A stretch of DNA of 64,000 bases from Minisyncoccota bacterium (GTDB lineage: Bacteria; Patescibacteriota; Minisyncoccia; Phycocordibacterales; UBA9973). The stretch is taken from positions 25,483 to 89,482 of the forward strand of contig JBBABB010000002.1 in NCBI GenBank assembly GCA_041657885.1, written 5' to 3'. The position numbers and the translations under genes are program-made. The notes beneath the pieces were generated by a model that had not been told where the DNA came from, made no database searches, and saw only the letters and a list, made by a program, of their open reading frames with translations. This document shows positions 46,488-57,078 of the stretch, in pieces; within the stretch, counting starts at the first letter, position 1; each line of letters starts with the position of its first letter.

Positions 46488-49400
46488 ATGAGAAAACAAA
46501 CTATAACAAAAATAATTGGAGGTATGATTATCTTTGTTTTCGTTGTATCTTTTTTCCAATTTGCCCTACCTATACAGGCTACTACTACGACAAATCTGCC
46601 AGACCTTTACTCTAATCCAAACCAAACCAGTGCCAAAAATCCATATAAATTCACTTTGGCTTCCGTATTAAAATCTGGAATACTCCAAAATGTTATTGGT
46701 TGTACAGGTGTTGTAAATAAAGTTGCTACTTGGATGTCAACATTGCTACAATCTCCAGCACAAATAGCTAAAACTTTAAAAGCTAAAAAAGATAAAATCA
46801 AAGAACAATTAACAGCAACGTGTTTAGCTGTTAAAGCTGGAGCTCAAATAGCAGGACAAATTATCCCATCTATTGGAGGTCTTGCTCCCGCAATAGATAC
46901 TGCAATGGCAGGTGTAAAAATTGACGGAGTAGAAGTATGTAAGGCGCAAGCTGAAGTGACCGTCGACAAAATGACTGATGCACAAATTGAAGCAAATGAG
47001 AGAGAAGCGGCAAATACCTTAAAAGACCAATGCTTTGACGGTATCGCTATTATGCTTGCTAAGAATCAACTCACTTCTATGACCCGTAGTGCTATGAACT
47101 GGGTAAATACTGGGTACGGAGGCAATCCGTTCTTTGTCCAGAATGTACAGAATTTTGCAAATAAACTTGAACAAAATGTCGTAGAAACAGGAATAGATAT
47201 ATTACTCACACCAAAAAATCAAAACCCATATGCTAGTGATTTTGTTAAATCGGTTATAGCAAGTAGGGGCATAGGAAAAAGTTTTACTAGTTCTCTTTTT
47301 AATCTTAAATCCGACTTGGGAGCTTTTATAACAGACCCACAATCTTATTATACTGAAGAACATCTCAGTGATGCAGAAAAAACACAAATGGCACTCAGAA
47401 GAGCACAGGGTGCAAATAATGCTTTTGCGAATGATTTCTCTGTTGGTGGTTGGGATGGATGGCTTGCCTTAACCCAAAGAGACCAGAATAACCCTCTTGG
47501 TTTTACTATGCTTGCAAGCCAATATTTAGAAGAAGCCCAAACACAAGCAGTGGCTGAGAAAAAAGACGAGTTATTACAAAATAATGGATTTTTAAGTCAG
47601 AAAAAATGTGTTTTGTGGCAAGTGTATGGGGAAGACCATAAACCAAAATATGAGGAGGGTGGTTTTTCTCCATCAGGATTAGCTAAATCATCTTTTACAC
47701 CAATTACTCAAAAAACTAAACCATCTATATGTTATAAATCTGGTGGTGAATGTTGTGTAGAGTGGGAAGTAGTAACCCCCGGAAGTATCATCAAAGAGCA
47801 AACGGCAAATTATTTGGCTTCTCCACAGCGTCAACTTGAGCTTGTAAAAACAATAAACGATGGAATAAATGCTCTTTTTTCTTATTTAATTTCTGAATTA
47901 GAAAATGCCGGCCTTTCAGGACTTTCAGATTCTGTTGATAATCCAGCAAATTTTGACGATAATACAAACTTTATTAGTTCAGATGGAAATACTCCTTATG
48001 ATAACAATGGCGCTTATGATGGTTTCAATCTAACCCGTGACTTAGGAAATACTTATATACACACCACCCCAATAAAATTAGGAAATTGGCATGCTGATAC
48101 AAATGCAACAGATAGTGATTATGACAAAGATGATAATTACGATAATGGAAAATTATATCAAGGAGAAGCTCCTATAGATATTCCTAGTGGAAAAAGTGCT
48201 GTTGACTCATACTACACAGTAACGATAGCCGGAAAAACAGAACTTTTACTTGATGGTTATAATGGTTGGAATGAGGGAGACAGAGCATTTTGGGATGGAA
48301 GTGAGTGGCAAAATTGGAAGAAAGATGTGAAAGATGAAAGTGGAGTAATTCAAAAAACAAACCCTATAAAGAAAAGGGGAGTAATTCAAATTCAACAAGA
48401 TTATATTGTGGCAGCGACTGAGATACTAAAAGTTTTACCAAGTGTAATGACAAAGCTCGGCGAGCTTGATTATTGTATTCCCGGACCAAATCCAAGTTAT
48501 CTAACAAATTCCACAGATGCTCAGTCCGCATATCAGGATTGGGTTGGGTCGCTTTATGTTGGGCCAATAGATGCAGCAAGACAAGTTTATACAATAGACC
48601 ACCCAGGAGAAAGAACGTATGATAATTTAGCAAATATATTTACTGATAGTCCAAGCGTTTGGAAAACAATAAAAAATTCTATGGACTTTTTGTTAGAGAA
48701 TTTTGATAGTTATAAATATATAACTGGTAATATTTTTAGTGGTAGTAATAAAAAACAAAAAATAGTTGACAAAAAAAGAAACTTAATGGATGTTAACATG
48801 GATTATGCAAACAGTAGTCTCTTCCAAAATTTCTATGAGAACTTTGATAAAATGATGAATAAACTCTACTTCAACAATATGACTAGTATGTATAATGAGT
48901 ATGAGAATAGATCAATAACTTTACCGACAACAAATAGCACAGGGGATAAAAACTTAGGTTACATCCCAATGGCTGAAAGCGGGCTTGACCTGACAAAAAA
49001 TATAATGTACTACGCCGAGGATATAGCAAAAGTAACACAAGAGTATAGCGATGATATCGCCATAGCAAAAGTAAATATCGCCAAACTTGAACCAATTAAA
49101 GCGGAAGTGAGTAAAATTATAAAAGATGCACAAGACCGCCGTGATAAAAGATTGCTTGAGATAGTTAATAAAGAAATGTGTAATGAAAATTATACAAAAT
49201 GTATGCAAGATGGATTTGGTCTTACCGGCCAACAGAAATCAGCAATAGGGAATAGGGGTTCCTATTGTAATATAAACCAAACAACTTGTAATGAGAATGA
49301 GAAACCGGTGACAGATGCACAAGTAGCACAATACAAAGAAAAATATAAAGAATGTCTCGCTGAAGAAAATATGAATTTCTATGATGCAGATACAATAATG

Positions 49401-49652
49401 AATATTGGTGGTGCTGACGCTGAAAGATGCTTCAATGGAATTGATGACGATTTAGATGGATTGATAGATACAAAAGATCCTGATTGTTTTGGAGTAACAC
49501 CTGTTGTTCATTGTGTAAGAAGTGGAATTTCCACCCCATATACAGGAAGAATAAATGCTGGAAGTAAATGTTCCGATATAACAGACAGTCAATCTTGTAG
49601 TTTATATCATGAATATGAGTCTAACTTGGCATGGCAGTGTGAATGGAAATAA
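46488..49652 (+). CDS. Large secreted protein (1054 aa) with a Cys-rich C-terminus that includes a TSP3-like Ca-binding motif.
   Basis: Signal/TM IIGGMIIFVFVVSFFQFALPIQA. CFNGIDDDLDGLIDTKDPDC. Confidence 0.7.
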   Translation: MRKQTITKIIGGMIIFVFVVSFFQFALPIQATTTTNLPDLYSNPNQTSAKNPYKFTLASVLKSGILQNVIGCTGVVNKVATWMSTLLQSPAQIAKTLKAKKDKIKEQLTATCLAVKAGAQIAGQIIPSIGGLAPAIDTAMAGVKIDGVEVCKAQAEVTVDKMTDAQIEANEREAANTLKDQCFDGIAIMLAKNQLTSMTRSAMNWVNTGYGGNPFFVQNVQNFANKLEQNVVETGIDILLTPKNQNPYASDFVKSVIASRGIGKSFTSSLFNLKSDLGAFITDPQSYYTEEHLSDAEKTQMALRRAQGANNAFANDFSVGGWDGWLALTQRDQNNPLGFTMLASQYLEEAQTQAVAEKKDELLQNNGFLSQKKCVLWQVYGEDHKPKYEEGGFSPSGLAKSSFTPITQKTKPSICYKSGGECCVEWEVVTPGSIIKEQTANYLASPQRQLELVKTINDGINALFSYLISELENAGLSGLSDSVDNPANFDDNTNFISSDGNTPYDNNGAYDGFNLTRDLGNTYIHTTPIKLGNWHADTNATDSDYDKDDNYDNGKLYQGEAPIDIPSGKSAVDSYYTVTIAGKTELLLDGYNGWNEGDRAFWDGSEWQNWKKDVKDESGVIQKTNPIKKRGVIQIQQDYIVAATEILKVLPSVMTKLGELDYCIPGPNPSYLTNSTDAQSAYQDWVGSLYVGPIDAARQVYTIDHPGERTYDNLANIFTDSPSVWKTIKNSMDFLLENFDSYKYITGNIFSGSNKKQKIVDKKRNLMDVNMDYANSSLFQNFYENFDKMMNKLYFNNMTSMYNEYENRSITLPTTNSTGDKNLGYIPMAESGLDLTKNIMYYAEDIAKVTQEYSDDIAIAKVNIAKLEPIKAEVSKIIKDAQDRRDKRLLEIVNKEMCNENYTKCMQDGFGLTGQQKSAIGNRGSYCNINQTTCNENEKPVTDAQVAQYKEKYKECLAEENMNFYDADTIMNIGGADAERCFNGIDDDLDGLIDTKDPDCFGVTPVVHCVRSGISTPYTGRINAGSKCSDITDSQSCSLYHEYESNLAWQCEWK

Positions 49653-49669
49653 TAAATTATTAAAAATAT

Positions 49670-52600
49670 ATGGAAAAAAACCCTAAAAAAAGTAAAGCTC
49701 TCATCATAACAATAATTTTAATTGTCTTGCTTTTAATTGCTGGGTATTTTATTTTTAAGAATAAAGATAGTATTTTCAAAATTAAAACTTCTACTAATAC
49801 TTTTACTTCACTTCCTGCATCAGAGAATAAACCGGGATTTCTCGCTAAAATATTCTCCCCACTTCTTCCATCAAGTAATTCAAAAAATCTAGATACGGGT
49901 GAGAACATCAAGACTACATACGCAGAAGCGGGAGAAAACATTAAGAAAGGGGACATCGTTTATAAAGTAGGTACAAATAAAAATAATTTGCCTATAGTGA
50001 GAAAAACTGGACTTCAGAATCAAAATAAATTCGGTACTGCCCTTGAAGATATAAATATGGGAAGCTTTGGCAATATTGCTGTTGATAGTAGTTTCTGGGG
50101 AAGTATAAAAGATTTTTTTAATAACACAACAGGTAATATTGGAAACTGGGTAGGTGGAATATTCAGAGGTAATGGTGGAACTGGCCCTAGTAGTAATACG
50201 TGCACAAATGGTGCAACTAATCCGACTTTGTGTACTACTATTGGTGGTAATTGTATAAATAATGCAACTAATCCACCCCTCTGTACGACTATGGATAACG
50301 ATACAAACATTTTCCCCACAGTCACAGTTATAGCAACCCCAGCATCAATTGCAAAAGGTGAATCATCCACTATTAGTTGGGAATCAACAAATGCAGATGC
50401 TTGTAATGCTGGCACTGGTAATGGGACGGGGAAGACGGGGTCATTCTCAACTGGAATACTTCAATCAAGTAGGTCATATACAGTGACTTGTACTGGAGTA
50501 AATGGAACAGGTAGTGGAAATATCTTAGTGGCTGTTGGTGGAGGAGGAAATGTTTGTCCTACCGGCTGGACGGGGACTTACCCTAACTGTACTGATCCCA
50601 ATTCTAATAGTTGCCCTGCCGGTTGGACAGGGACTTTTCCTAACTGTACCAATACTGGAAACTGTCCTGTCGGTTGGACCGGAACTTATCCTGTCTGTAC
50701 TGACCCCAATTCCAATGTTTGCCCTGCGGGTTGGATGGGAACCTACCCTGACTGTACTGACCCCAATTCCAATAGTTGTCCTGTCGGGTGGACGGGGACT
50801 TTTCCTAACTGTACCAATATTGGGGGCTGCCCTCTTGGCTGGACGGGGACTTACCCTGACTGTATTGCCCCTAATTTTATATTTCCCTCTGTCACTGTTT
50901 GGGCAACACCACCAATAGTTGAATACGGTGAAAAATCGGAGATTGGTTGGGAATCAAAAAATACTGAATACTGCGTGGAGGGTGCTGTGGGTAATGCATC
51001 GCCCGATGGTAGTGTAAATAATAAAAAAGGTATAAAAGGAAAACTTACGACGGGAGCATTGCTTAGTAGTAAATCATTTACAATAACTTGTTATGACAAG
51101 AATGGAGGAGGAGTGAGTGGAAGCGTTGTTGTTTTCGTCAACCTAGCTGGAGTCCCAGATCTTCGAGCCACTGACCCGACACCAACGACAGTTCTCGTTG
51201 GAGTAAACACAATGTTCTATTCAGATATAATAAACCAAGGAACTGCATCGACTGGAGAAACTACTTTCTACAACATAATGCAATGGGCAAAACCCGCTTT
51301 TACAACGACTACGACTGGTGCAACTGGTGCGACTAGTCCTGACTCAAGTGACTCTACTGGCGGTTCTTCTTCCTCTGAAACAAACACCTTTATGGATGAA
51401 TCAAAATTAATCCCTATTGATTTGCCAAAAGTCAGGATGAAAACTATTCCAGCGGGAGAATCTCAACCTTTTACAATTGTCTATAATTTTAAAGACATAG
51501 GTACATACTATATAAGAGTTTGTGCCGATAAACAAAGTCAGACAGATGCTGGAAATATTAATGAAGGAACAAATGAAAATAACAATTGCAGCAATTGGGT
51601 AGCAATAGCAGTCACAAATTCACTTCCAACACCATGTCCTCAGCTAACAGATGCTACTGGTAAATGTGTTTCTGTAGATGAATGTCTGGCACTGAATAAA
51701 ATCGTTTCAGGGGATCAATGTGTTGACGACCCATCGGTTTGTCCTCCCCCTAAAATAAAAGATACTACTGGTAAATGTATAGATGCATCTGAAGTTATAC
51801 CACCAAATATTTGTAAAGATATAGAACAAAACCCACTAACTTTCACCCCTGAAGAGAAAGCCAGATTGGCAGTATTGCTCCGTAAGTTTTATCTAATATC
51901 CTCAACCCTTAGAACAAGTGACGATATCTCCACAATATATAGCGACATTGACCAACAGAAAATTTTTATGGGACAAATTGATGGATTAACAAAGCAGTGT
52001 TATTTGCAGATAAATGATACAGATGGATACAAAAATTTCTGTTCAAGAAATCCGAGTTTGTGTAAAACCACAGATATACCTACTTCTGGTATACCTACTC
52101 CTGGCTATAAAGACAATTATTATACACAAGGACAAAACTTAACATTAAGACGCGGAAATCCTTGGTATCAAAAAACGTCGGGTGGAACATTCCCTTACAC
52201 AGGTAATAATGTTTTTGATAAAAATGGTGTTTCGATTAAAGACCCAGAAGGAAAACCAATCACTGCTGGATACATGGATTACAACTGGTTAGAAGGTAAT
52301 TATATAGATAACGGAAATGGTAATTATTCTCCATATTTAAGCCCAAGCCAAAAAGCAAGTGGGGCGTCTTCAACTGCTTCATCAGATGGTCCTGGCTGTA
52401 AGGTTGTATCTGGTTATTATTATGGAACATTAACAAGAGATGTAATTTTAACAAAAGATACCCCTGATATAGGCATACTCATACTAATGATGCCATATCA
52501 AGGAATAATAAATGCTGCAATAGAAGCACTTACTCCGACTAAGGTATGGAGTGCAGGAGAAAGTTGTGATAAATTTAATTTAGACATTAGGGATGATCAA

Positions 52601-52753
52601 AATAATCTAATAACCAATAATTGTTATTACAACAATACAAAAATATTTGGAAATTGGAATGCCCCTCCAAGTCAAACTTTACTTGAAAGTGGCTGTAAGT
52701 GGGTAGATGGAGTGGATATGATAAACACGGAAAGGATTTTGAATATTTGGTAG
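49670..52753 (+). CDS. Large secreted protein (1027 aa) with Ig-like modules, a tandem CPxGWTGTYPxCTDPNSN repeat array and a CARDB-like module.
   Basis: Signal anchor ALIITIILIVLLLIAGYFIF. Six tandem Cys-rich units of 17-19 aa. YIRVCADKQSQTDAGNINEGTNENNNCSNW. Confidence 0.8.
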   Translation: MEKNPKKSKALIITIILIVLLLIAGYFIFKNKDSIFKIKTSTNTFTSLPASENKPGFLAKIFSPLLPSSNSKNLDTGENIKTTYAEAGENIKKGDIVYKVGTNKNNLPIVRKTGLQNQNKFGTALEDINMGSFGNIAVDSSFWGSIKDFFNNTTGNIGNWVGGIFRGNGGTGPSSNTCTNGATNPTLCTTIGGNCINNATNPPLCTTMDNDTNIFPTVTVIATPASIAKGESSTISWESTNADACNAGTGNGTGKTGSFSTGILQSSRSYTVTCTGVNGTGSGNILVAVGGGGNVCPTGWTGTYPNCTDPNSNSCPAGWTGTFPNCTNTGNCPVGWTGTYPVCTDPNSNVCPAGWMGTYPDCTDPNSNSCPVGWTGTFPNCTNIGGCPLGWTGTYPDCIAPNFIFPSVTVWATPPIVEYGEKSEIGWESKNTEYCVEGAVGNASPDGSVNNKKGIKGKLTTGALLSSKSFTITCYDKNGGGVSGSVVVFVNLAGVPDLRATDPTPTTVLVGVNTMFYSDIINQGTASTGETTFYNIMQWAKPAFTTTTTGATGATSPDSSDSTGGSSSSETNTFMDESKLIPIDLPKVRMKTIPAGESQPFTIVYNFKDIGTYYIRVCADKQSQTDAGNINEGTNENNNCSNWVAIAVTNSLPTPCPQLTDATGKCVSVDECLALNKIVSGDQCVDDPSVCPPPKIKDTTGKCIDASEVIPPNICKDIEQNPLTFTPEEKARLAVLLRKFYLISSTLRTSDDISTIYSDIDQQKIFMGQIDGLTKQCYLQINDTDGYKNFCSRNPSLCKTTDIPTSGIPTPGYKDNYYTQGQNLTLRRGNPWYQKTSGGTFPYTGNNVFDKNGVSIKDPEGKPITAGYMDYNWLEGNYIDNGNGNYSPYLSPSQKASGASSTASSDGPGCKVVSGYYYGTLTRDVILTKDTPDIGILILMMPYQGIINAAIEALTPTKVWSAGESCDKFNLDIRDDQNNLITNNCYYNNTKIFGNWNAPPSQTLLESGCKWVDGVDMINTERILNIW
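50540..50880 (+). repeat. Tandem DNA repeats with a 51-57 nt period, encoding CP.GWTGT(Y/F)P.CT(D/N)PNSN units.
   Basis: The six units are visible in the translation. Confidence 0.8.
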
Positions 52754-52863
52754 GAGGGGGAATAATTAAGAATTAATAATTAAGAATTTAAAGAGGAAAA
52801 GTAGTAAGGGGGATTAAGTAGTAGGTAGCATGTAGCAAGTAGTGAGAGAAATAATAAATACAA

Positions 52864-55476
52864 ATGATTAAGAAATTTGTGCCATACATTCTAATAGCTG
52901 TAATACTTGTGCAATTATTTGCGCCGTTTACAGTTGGTATTGGAACAAAAAATAATTTAGTTATAGAGACCAATAAAGCCGAGGCAGATGAAGATATATG
53001 GGATGGAAGCATTGATGGTTACAAAAATGCCTTTCCTAAGAGTTCAGTATCTCAAAATAGTTCATTATATGTAAATGAAACTGAAACTGATTCAGATTTT
53101 ACTGTAATAGTTGATACTGGAATTGCAGATGGTGAATCATCTGTAAATAGGTGGTATCATGTTAAACCTGAAAAAACTAAATTTGCATCTAGTGTTCAAA
53201 GCCTTCTTACTTTCGGAATAGGAGGAGACTATGTTGAATTTGAAGTAAATGGTACCTTTATTTTAGAAGTAGTTGAAGATGGGACAGGTAAAACTGGGTT
53301 CGTTGATATAACAACTACTATTTTAAACGGATATCAATATAGTAGAAAGGCAGGAATGAAGAATAAAATCACAAGAACAGTAGTGATCGATAAAAAATTA
53401 ACACCATCTGGAACGGACGGTGTATCTAGTTTAAAACCTGGCACAAAATATAATGTCTCTTTGTACTATTTATCTTCTATAGAATATGAAAACCCAGATG
53501 TTGTACAAGGAACAGGGGAAACTCTCCCAGGACTTGAGGATAATGGAACAAATTATATACAAATAGCAAGTACTTCAATAACGACAGCAACAAAAGAAGA
53601 ACAAGTATTAATAACTGGGAAAGCTATCGAGAATAGTGTTGTTAATGGTGAAGTTGAAATGCCAGAATGTAGAATAGATTTTTATAATACTATTGGTGGC
53701 TGTCTCGGGCAATTATTATACAAATTGGTCTTCCGGCCATCTTCTGCTTTATTCGCTATTACGGGGAAACTACTAGATGTCTCTATTAGTTATTCAATAA
53801 AAGATACCTCCTATAGGTCTGCATTTGTGGTTGAGGGGTGGAAACTGGTGAAAGATTTCTGTAATATGTTCTTTATTTTCATATTGCTATATATAGCATT
53901 CTCAACTATTTTGAATATTAACAGCGCCAACACAAAACAAATGATTATAAATGTTGTCATCATCGGGCTCCTGATAAATTTCAGCTTGTTTGCCACCCAA
54001 GTTATTATTGATGCTTCAAACGTGCTGACACGAGTATTTTATAATGAAAGTGCCCTTGTTGTGGGAGAGAAGGGCCTTAATGATAAAGTAGTAACCAGCC
54101 AAACTGGAAAATTTGGAGAGATAAGATTATCGGAAGCTATTGTTACAAAAATAGGACCAGTAAAACTTATAACCGATGCAGCAAAAGTTGGAACATCTAC
54201 TAATGCCAATGGGGATGAAATAGTAAACGACGGAGTTACTGCGGGAACATTTATTCTCGTCGTCCTGCTCGCGAGTGCAGTAAATATAGTAGGACTAATA
54301 GTATTCTTGTCTGTTAGTTTAATATTTATAGCGAGAGTTATCGGCTTGTGGTTGGCAATGGTATTTGCACCATTTGCATTCTTTAGTTATATGATACCCG
54401 CAATGCAAAACTGGGAAATGGTAGGATGGAAAAAATGGTGGCCAGATACAATAAAGATGGCATTCTTGGCACCAGTATTTTTGTTCTTTATGTATCTGAT
54501 TATTAAATTCTTAGGCATTATGTCTATTGCTGTTTTTGATGCAGATAATAAATCGGGAATGGATTTCGTAGTAGCGATAATGATTCCGTTTGGACTTGTG
54601 ATGGTTCTGATGTGGAAAGCAAAAGGAATTGCCAAAGATATGTCTGGTAAAATTGGTGACTATGCAACAAAAGTTGGAAAGACAATAGGAGGGGTTGCTC
54701 TAGGTGGAGCTGTAGGAGGCCTCGCGTTAGCTGGAAGACAAACTCTGGGACGTGCAGCAGCAAACTTGTCTCAAAGTAACAAATTTAGAGATTGGGCATC
54801 ACAAAGTAAGTTTGGTAAAAGCGTAGCAAAAATGACAGGTGGTATTGCTTCTGGAAGTTTTGATGCAAGAGGAGTAAAAATTGCAGGTAAAGATTTAGGT
54901 TCAGCAACAGGGCTCAAGGTAGGAAAAAATGTAAAGACTGGAGGATTTGCTAAAGGAAGAGAAGAAAAAGTTAAGAAAGAAGAAGAGTTTGCAAATAAAA
55001 TGCTTGATACAGGTGATTATGGAATGGCTGAATTACAAGGTGGAAAAATGTCAGCAAAAAGAGCAGATAGTGTCGTAGAACAAATGAATAAGGGCAGAGC
55101 AAATGAAAATAAAATGACAGCTTTTGAAATGGGAACAATGCGAGCAAGATTAGTTGGTGGTAATGGGTTAGAATATAAAATGGCAAGAGAGGTGGCTGAT
55201 CAAATGAATTTTGCTAGAAGAAATTCAACAGCAGATTATTTATCAAGAAGTAAATTTATGACAAATAAAATAAAAGCTACTAAGATTAGAAAAAGTGTAG
55301 ATCAAATGAAAACAAGTAGAGATCTAGCAGCTACAGTAGCAGCCCTTGCAGCAGCTCAAAAAGCTGCCGATGGGGGAGGAGGTAAACCAGCGACACACAC
55401 AACACCAACACCCCACACAACACCAACAACGCTGACTACTCCTAGTGCTCCAACAGGTGGAGGTGGACATCACTAA
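52864..55476 (+). CDS. VirB6/TrbL/ConG-like polytopic membrane protein (870 aa) with a large N-terminal extracytoplasmic domain. Candidate T4SS channel component.
   Basis: N-terminal signal/TM, about 330-aa soluble domain, then at least 5 TM helices. K/G-rich tail ending HTTPTPHTTPTTLTTPSAPTGGGGHH. Confidence 0.6.
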   Translation: MIKKFVPYILIAVILVQLFAPFTVGIGTKNNLVIETNKAEADEDIWDGSIDGYKNAFPKSSVSQNSSLYVNETETDSDFTVIVDTGIADGESSVNRWYHVKPEKTKFASSVQSLLTFGIGGDYVEFEVNGTFILEVVEDGTGKTGFVDITTTILNGYQYSRKAGMKNKITRTVVIDKKLTPSGTDGVSSLKPGTKYNVSLYYLSSIEYENPDVVQGTGETLPGLEDNGTNYIQIASTSITTATKEEQVLITGKAIENSVVNGEVEMPECRIDFYNTIGGCLGQLLYKLVFRPSSALFAITGKLLDVSISYSIKDTSYRSAFVVEGWKLVKDFCNMFFIFILLYIAFSTILNINSANTKQMIINVVIIGLLINFSLFATQVIIDASNVLTRVFYNESALVVGEKGLNDKVVTSQTGKFGEIRLSEAIVTKIGPVKLITDAAKVGTSTNANGDEIVNDGVTAGTFILVVLLASAVNIVGLIVFLSVSLIFIARVIGLWLAMVFAPFAFFSYMIPAMQNWEMVGWKKWWPDTIKMAFLAPVFLFFMYLIIKFLGIMSIAVFDADNKSGMDFVVAIMIPFGLVMVLMWKAKGIAKDMSGKIGDYATKVGKTIGGVALGGAVGGLALAGRQTLGRAAANLSQSNKFRDWASQSKFGKSVAKMTGGIASGSFDARGVKIAGKDLGSATGLKVGKNVKTGGFAKGREEKVKKEEEFANKMLDTGDYGMAELQGGKMSAKRADSVVEQMNKGRANENKMTAFEMGTMRARLVGGNGLEYKMAREVADQMNFARRNSTADYLSRSKFMTNKIKATKIRKSVDQMKTSRDLAATVAALAAAQKAADGGGGKPATHTTPTPHTTPTTLTTPSAPTGGGGHH

Positions 55477-55483
55477 TTAAACA

Positions 55484-56449
55484 TTGTTTAAACAAAATTA
55501 TAATCATATGGAAACAGAAATAGAAGAAATAATAAAACAACAATTGGAATATTTACCAAAAGAGATTGTGGATCTTTTTACTAATCCAAAATTAAGTGAT
55601 AAAATATTTGAAATAGGAAAAGAAAATAAAATTAATATTGAACAGTTAGATATTTTTCAAACTGAAACCTTCTTATTGATATTAGGGTTAACTAATTCTG
55701 ATGAGTATGAAGAGGAGTTGAGAAATAAGTTAAATATAAATAAAGAAACTATAGATAATATAAAAAAGGGGATATATTCATTTATCTCAAATGAAACACT
55801 GGAAAAAATTAAAGAAATATATAAACAAACAACAAACGAGATCTTTGAGGGAGGGGACCCAGACATAGACAAACCACTTATTTTAGATCCTCGTTTCGAA
55901 AATGCCCCACAAGAAACTCAGAAAGCTATTGCTAAATCAGGATGGAAAGAGAGGTTGTATTCAATCGCACCAATATATAAACTCAATGTTGAACAAATGG
56001 GAATTTTGGAAGAAACTACCATAAAAGTAATACTTGGTGAAATACACCCAGACAAATATGAAGATGAATTAGCTTCCAAAATAACAATACCAAAAGAAGA
56101 TGTCGCAAATCTTGTAATTGATATCAATGAAAAAATTTTTAAAGTAATACGCGGGGTAGAAAAGAAATATTGGGATAAAGAAAAAACAATTACAAATGAA
56201 GATGAAATTCCTCTTCCTCCATATGCAAAAATAATTAATAATGAAGATGAAATTCCTCTTCCTCCTCCTAGTATCAAACTTGATACAAAAATAATAGAAA
56301 AAACTGAACTAATTCAACCAATTATTGGAATAACAAATACTCCTCAAAATATAATAGAGGAAAAATTAAAGGGTGTAACAGTAAGTGACCATACGGTATC
56401 AGACCATTCATTACCTAAAATGAATGACCCTTATCGGGAAACGATTTAA
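55484..56449 (+). CDS. Hypothetical soluble protein (321 aa) with a tandem NEDEIPLPP repeat.
   Basis: ORF. The 45-bp direct DNA repeat at about 56196-56270 encodes the duplicated peptide. Confidence 0.5.
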   Translation: MFKQNYNHMETEIEEIIKQQLEYLPKEIVDLFTNPKLSDKIFEIGKENKINIEQLDIFQTETFLLILGLTNSDEYEEELRNKLNINKETIDNIKKGIYSFISNETLEKIKEIYKQTTNEIFEGGDPDIDKPLILDPRFENAPQETQKAIAKSGWKERLYSIAPIYKLNVEQMGILEETTIKVILGEIHPDKYEDELASKITIPKEDVANLVIDINEKIFKVIRGVEKKYWDKEKTITNEDEIPLPPYAKIINNEDEIPLPPPSIKLDTKIIEKTELIQPIIGITNTPQNIIEEKLKGVTVSDHTVSDHSLPKMNDPYRETI

Positions 56450-56540
56450 TTCCTCCCCTCCTTACCAAGGAGGGGAATGAGGGGAGGTTCTTAATTAATT
56501 AGGAACCCCTCCCCAGCCCTCCCCAAAGGGAAGGGAATCC
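56449..56540. repeat. Family B GC-rich palindromic element, intergenic copy (reverse complement of the rsmA copy).
   Basis: TTCCTCCCCTCCTTaccAAGGAGGGGAATGAGGGGAGGTTCTTAATTAATTAGGAACCCCTCCCCAGCCCTCCCCAAAGGGaAGGGAA. Confidence 0.85.
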
Positions 56541-56565
56541 TATTTATTAATGTTATAATATAAAA

Positions 56566-56976
56566 ATGCAATTCAAAGTCCCACAATTTATTGATATCGA
56601 GGACAAATTATTTGGCCCTTTTACTTTCTTTCAGTTTGTATACCTTGTGGGAGGAGCTGGAATAGTGTTTGTCATATATAAAATTTTCCCTTTGTGGATT
56701 GGTATTTTTCTTATTATTCCAGTTGCTATATTATCTGTCCTGCTTGTCTTTTATAGAATAAACGGAAAACCTTTTATTTATTACCTTCAGGCTGGAGCTA
56801 GTTATCTCGTTTCAAGTAAATTGTATATATGGAAGCAGAGATTAATAAATCCAAATAGCAAGAAAAAAGAGGAGGAAGCACAAGCTCCACAAATGGTTTC
56901 GGTCATTCCGATGACATCAAATGACAAATTGAGAGACATATCTTGGAGTTTGGATGTGGAAGGGAAGGAGAAGTAA
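56566..56976 (+). CDS. Small two-TM membrane protein (136 aa), candidate VirB3/PrgI-like T4SS component.
   Basis: Two adjacent hydrophobic helices. The position just upstream of the VirB4-like ORFs is inferred from gene context. Confidence 0.45.
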   Translation: MQFKVPQFIDIEDKLFGPFTFFQFVYLVGGAGIVFVIYKIFPLWIGIFLIIPVAILSVLLVFYRINGKPFIYYLQAGASYLVSSKLYIWKQRLINPNSKKKEEEAQAPQMVSVIPMTSNDKLRDISWSLDVEGKEK

Positions 56977-56985
56977 TAATGTGTG

Positions 56986-57051
56986 AATTCCCCTCTTGAG
57001 GGGTGCCTGAAAGGCGGGGTGGATGAATTTGAGGGGAATTAAAATTCTTTC
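56986..57051. repeat. Family C element, shortened copy (AATTCCCCTCTTGAGGGGTGCCTGAAAGGCGGGGTGGAT...GAGGGGAATT).
   Basis: The left arm matches 44458-44497. Outer inverted ends are retained. Confidence 0.75.
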
Positions 57052-57078
57052 AGTAACAAATTATGTTATAATTATAAT

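Noticed and set aside
50020-50918. ORFs 50020-50415 (minus) and 50535-50918 (plus) inside the 49670-52753 gene
   Set aside because: They are alternative-frame read-throughs of the tandem CPxGWTGT repeat DNA. The repetitive, Pro/Leu/Val-rich translation is typical of out-of-frame repeats.
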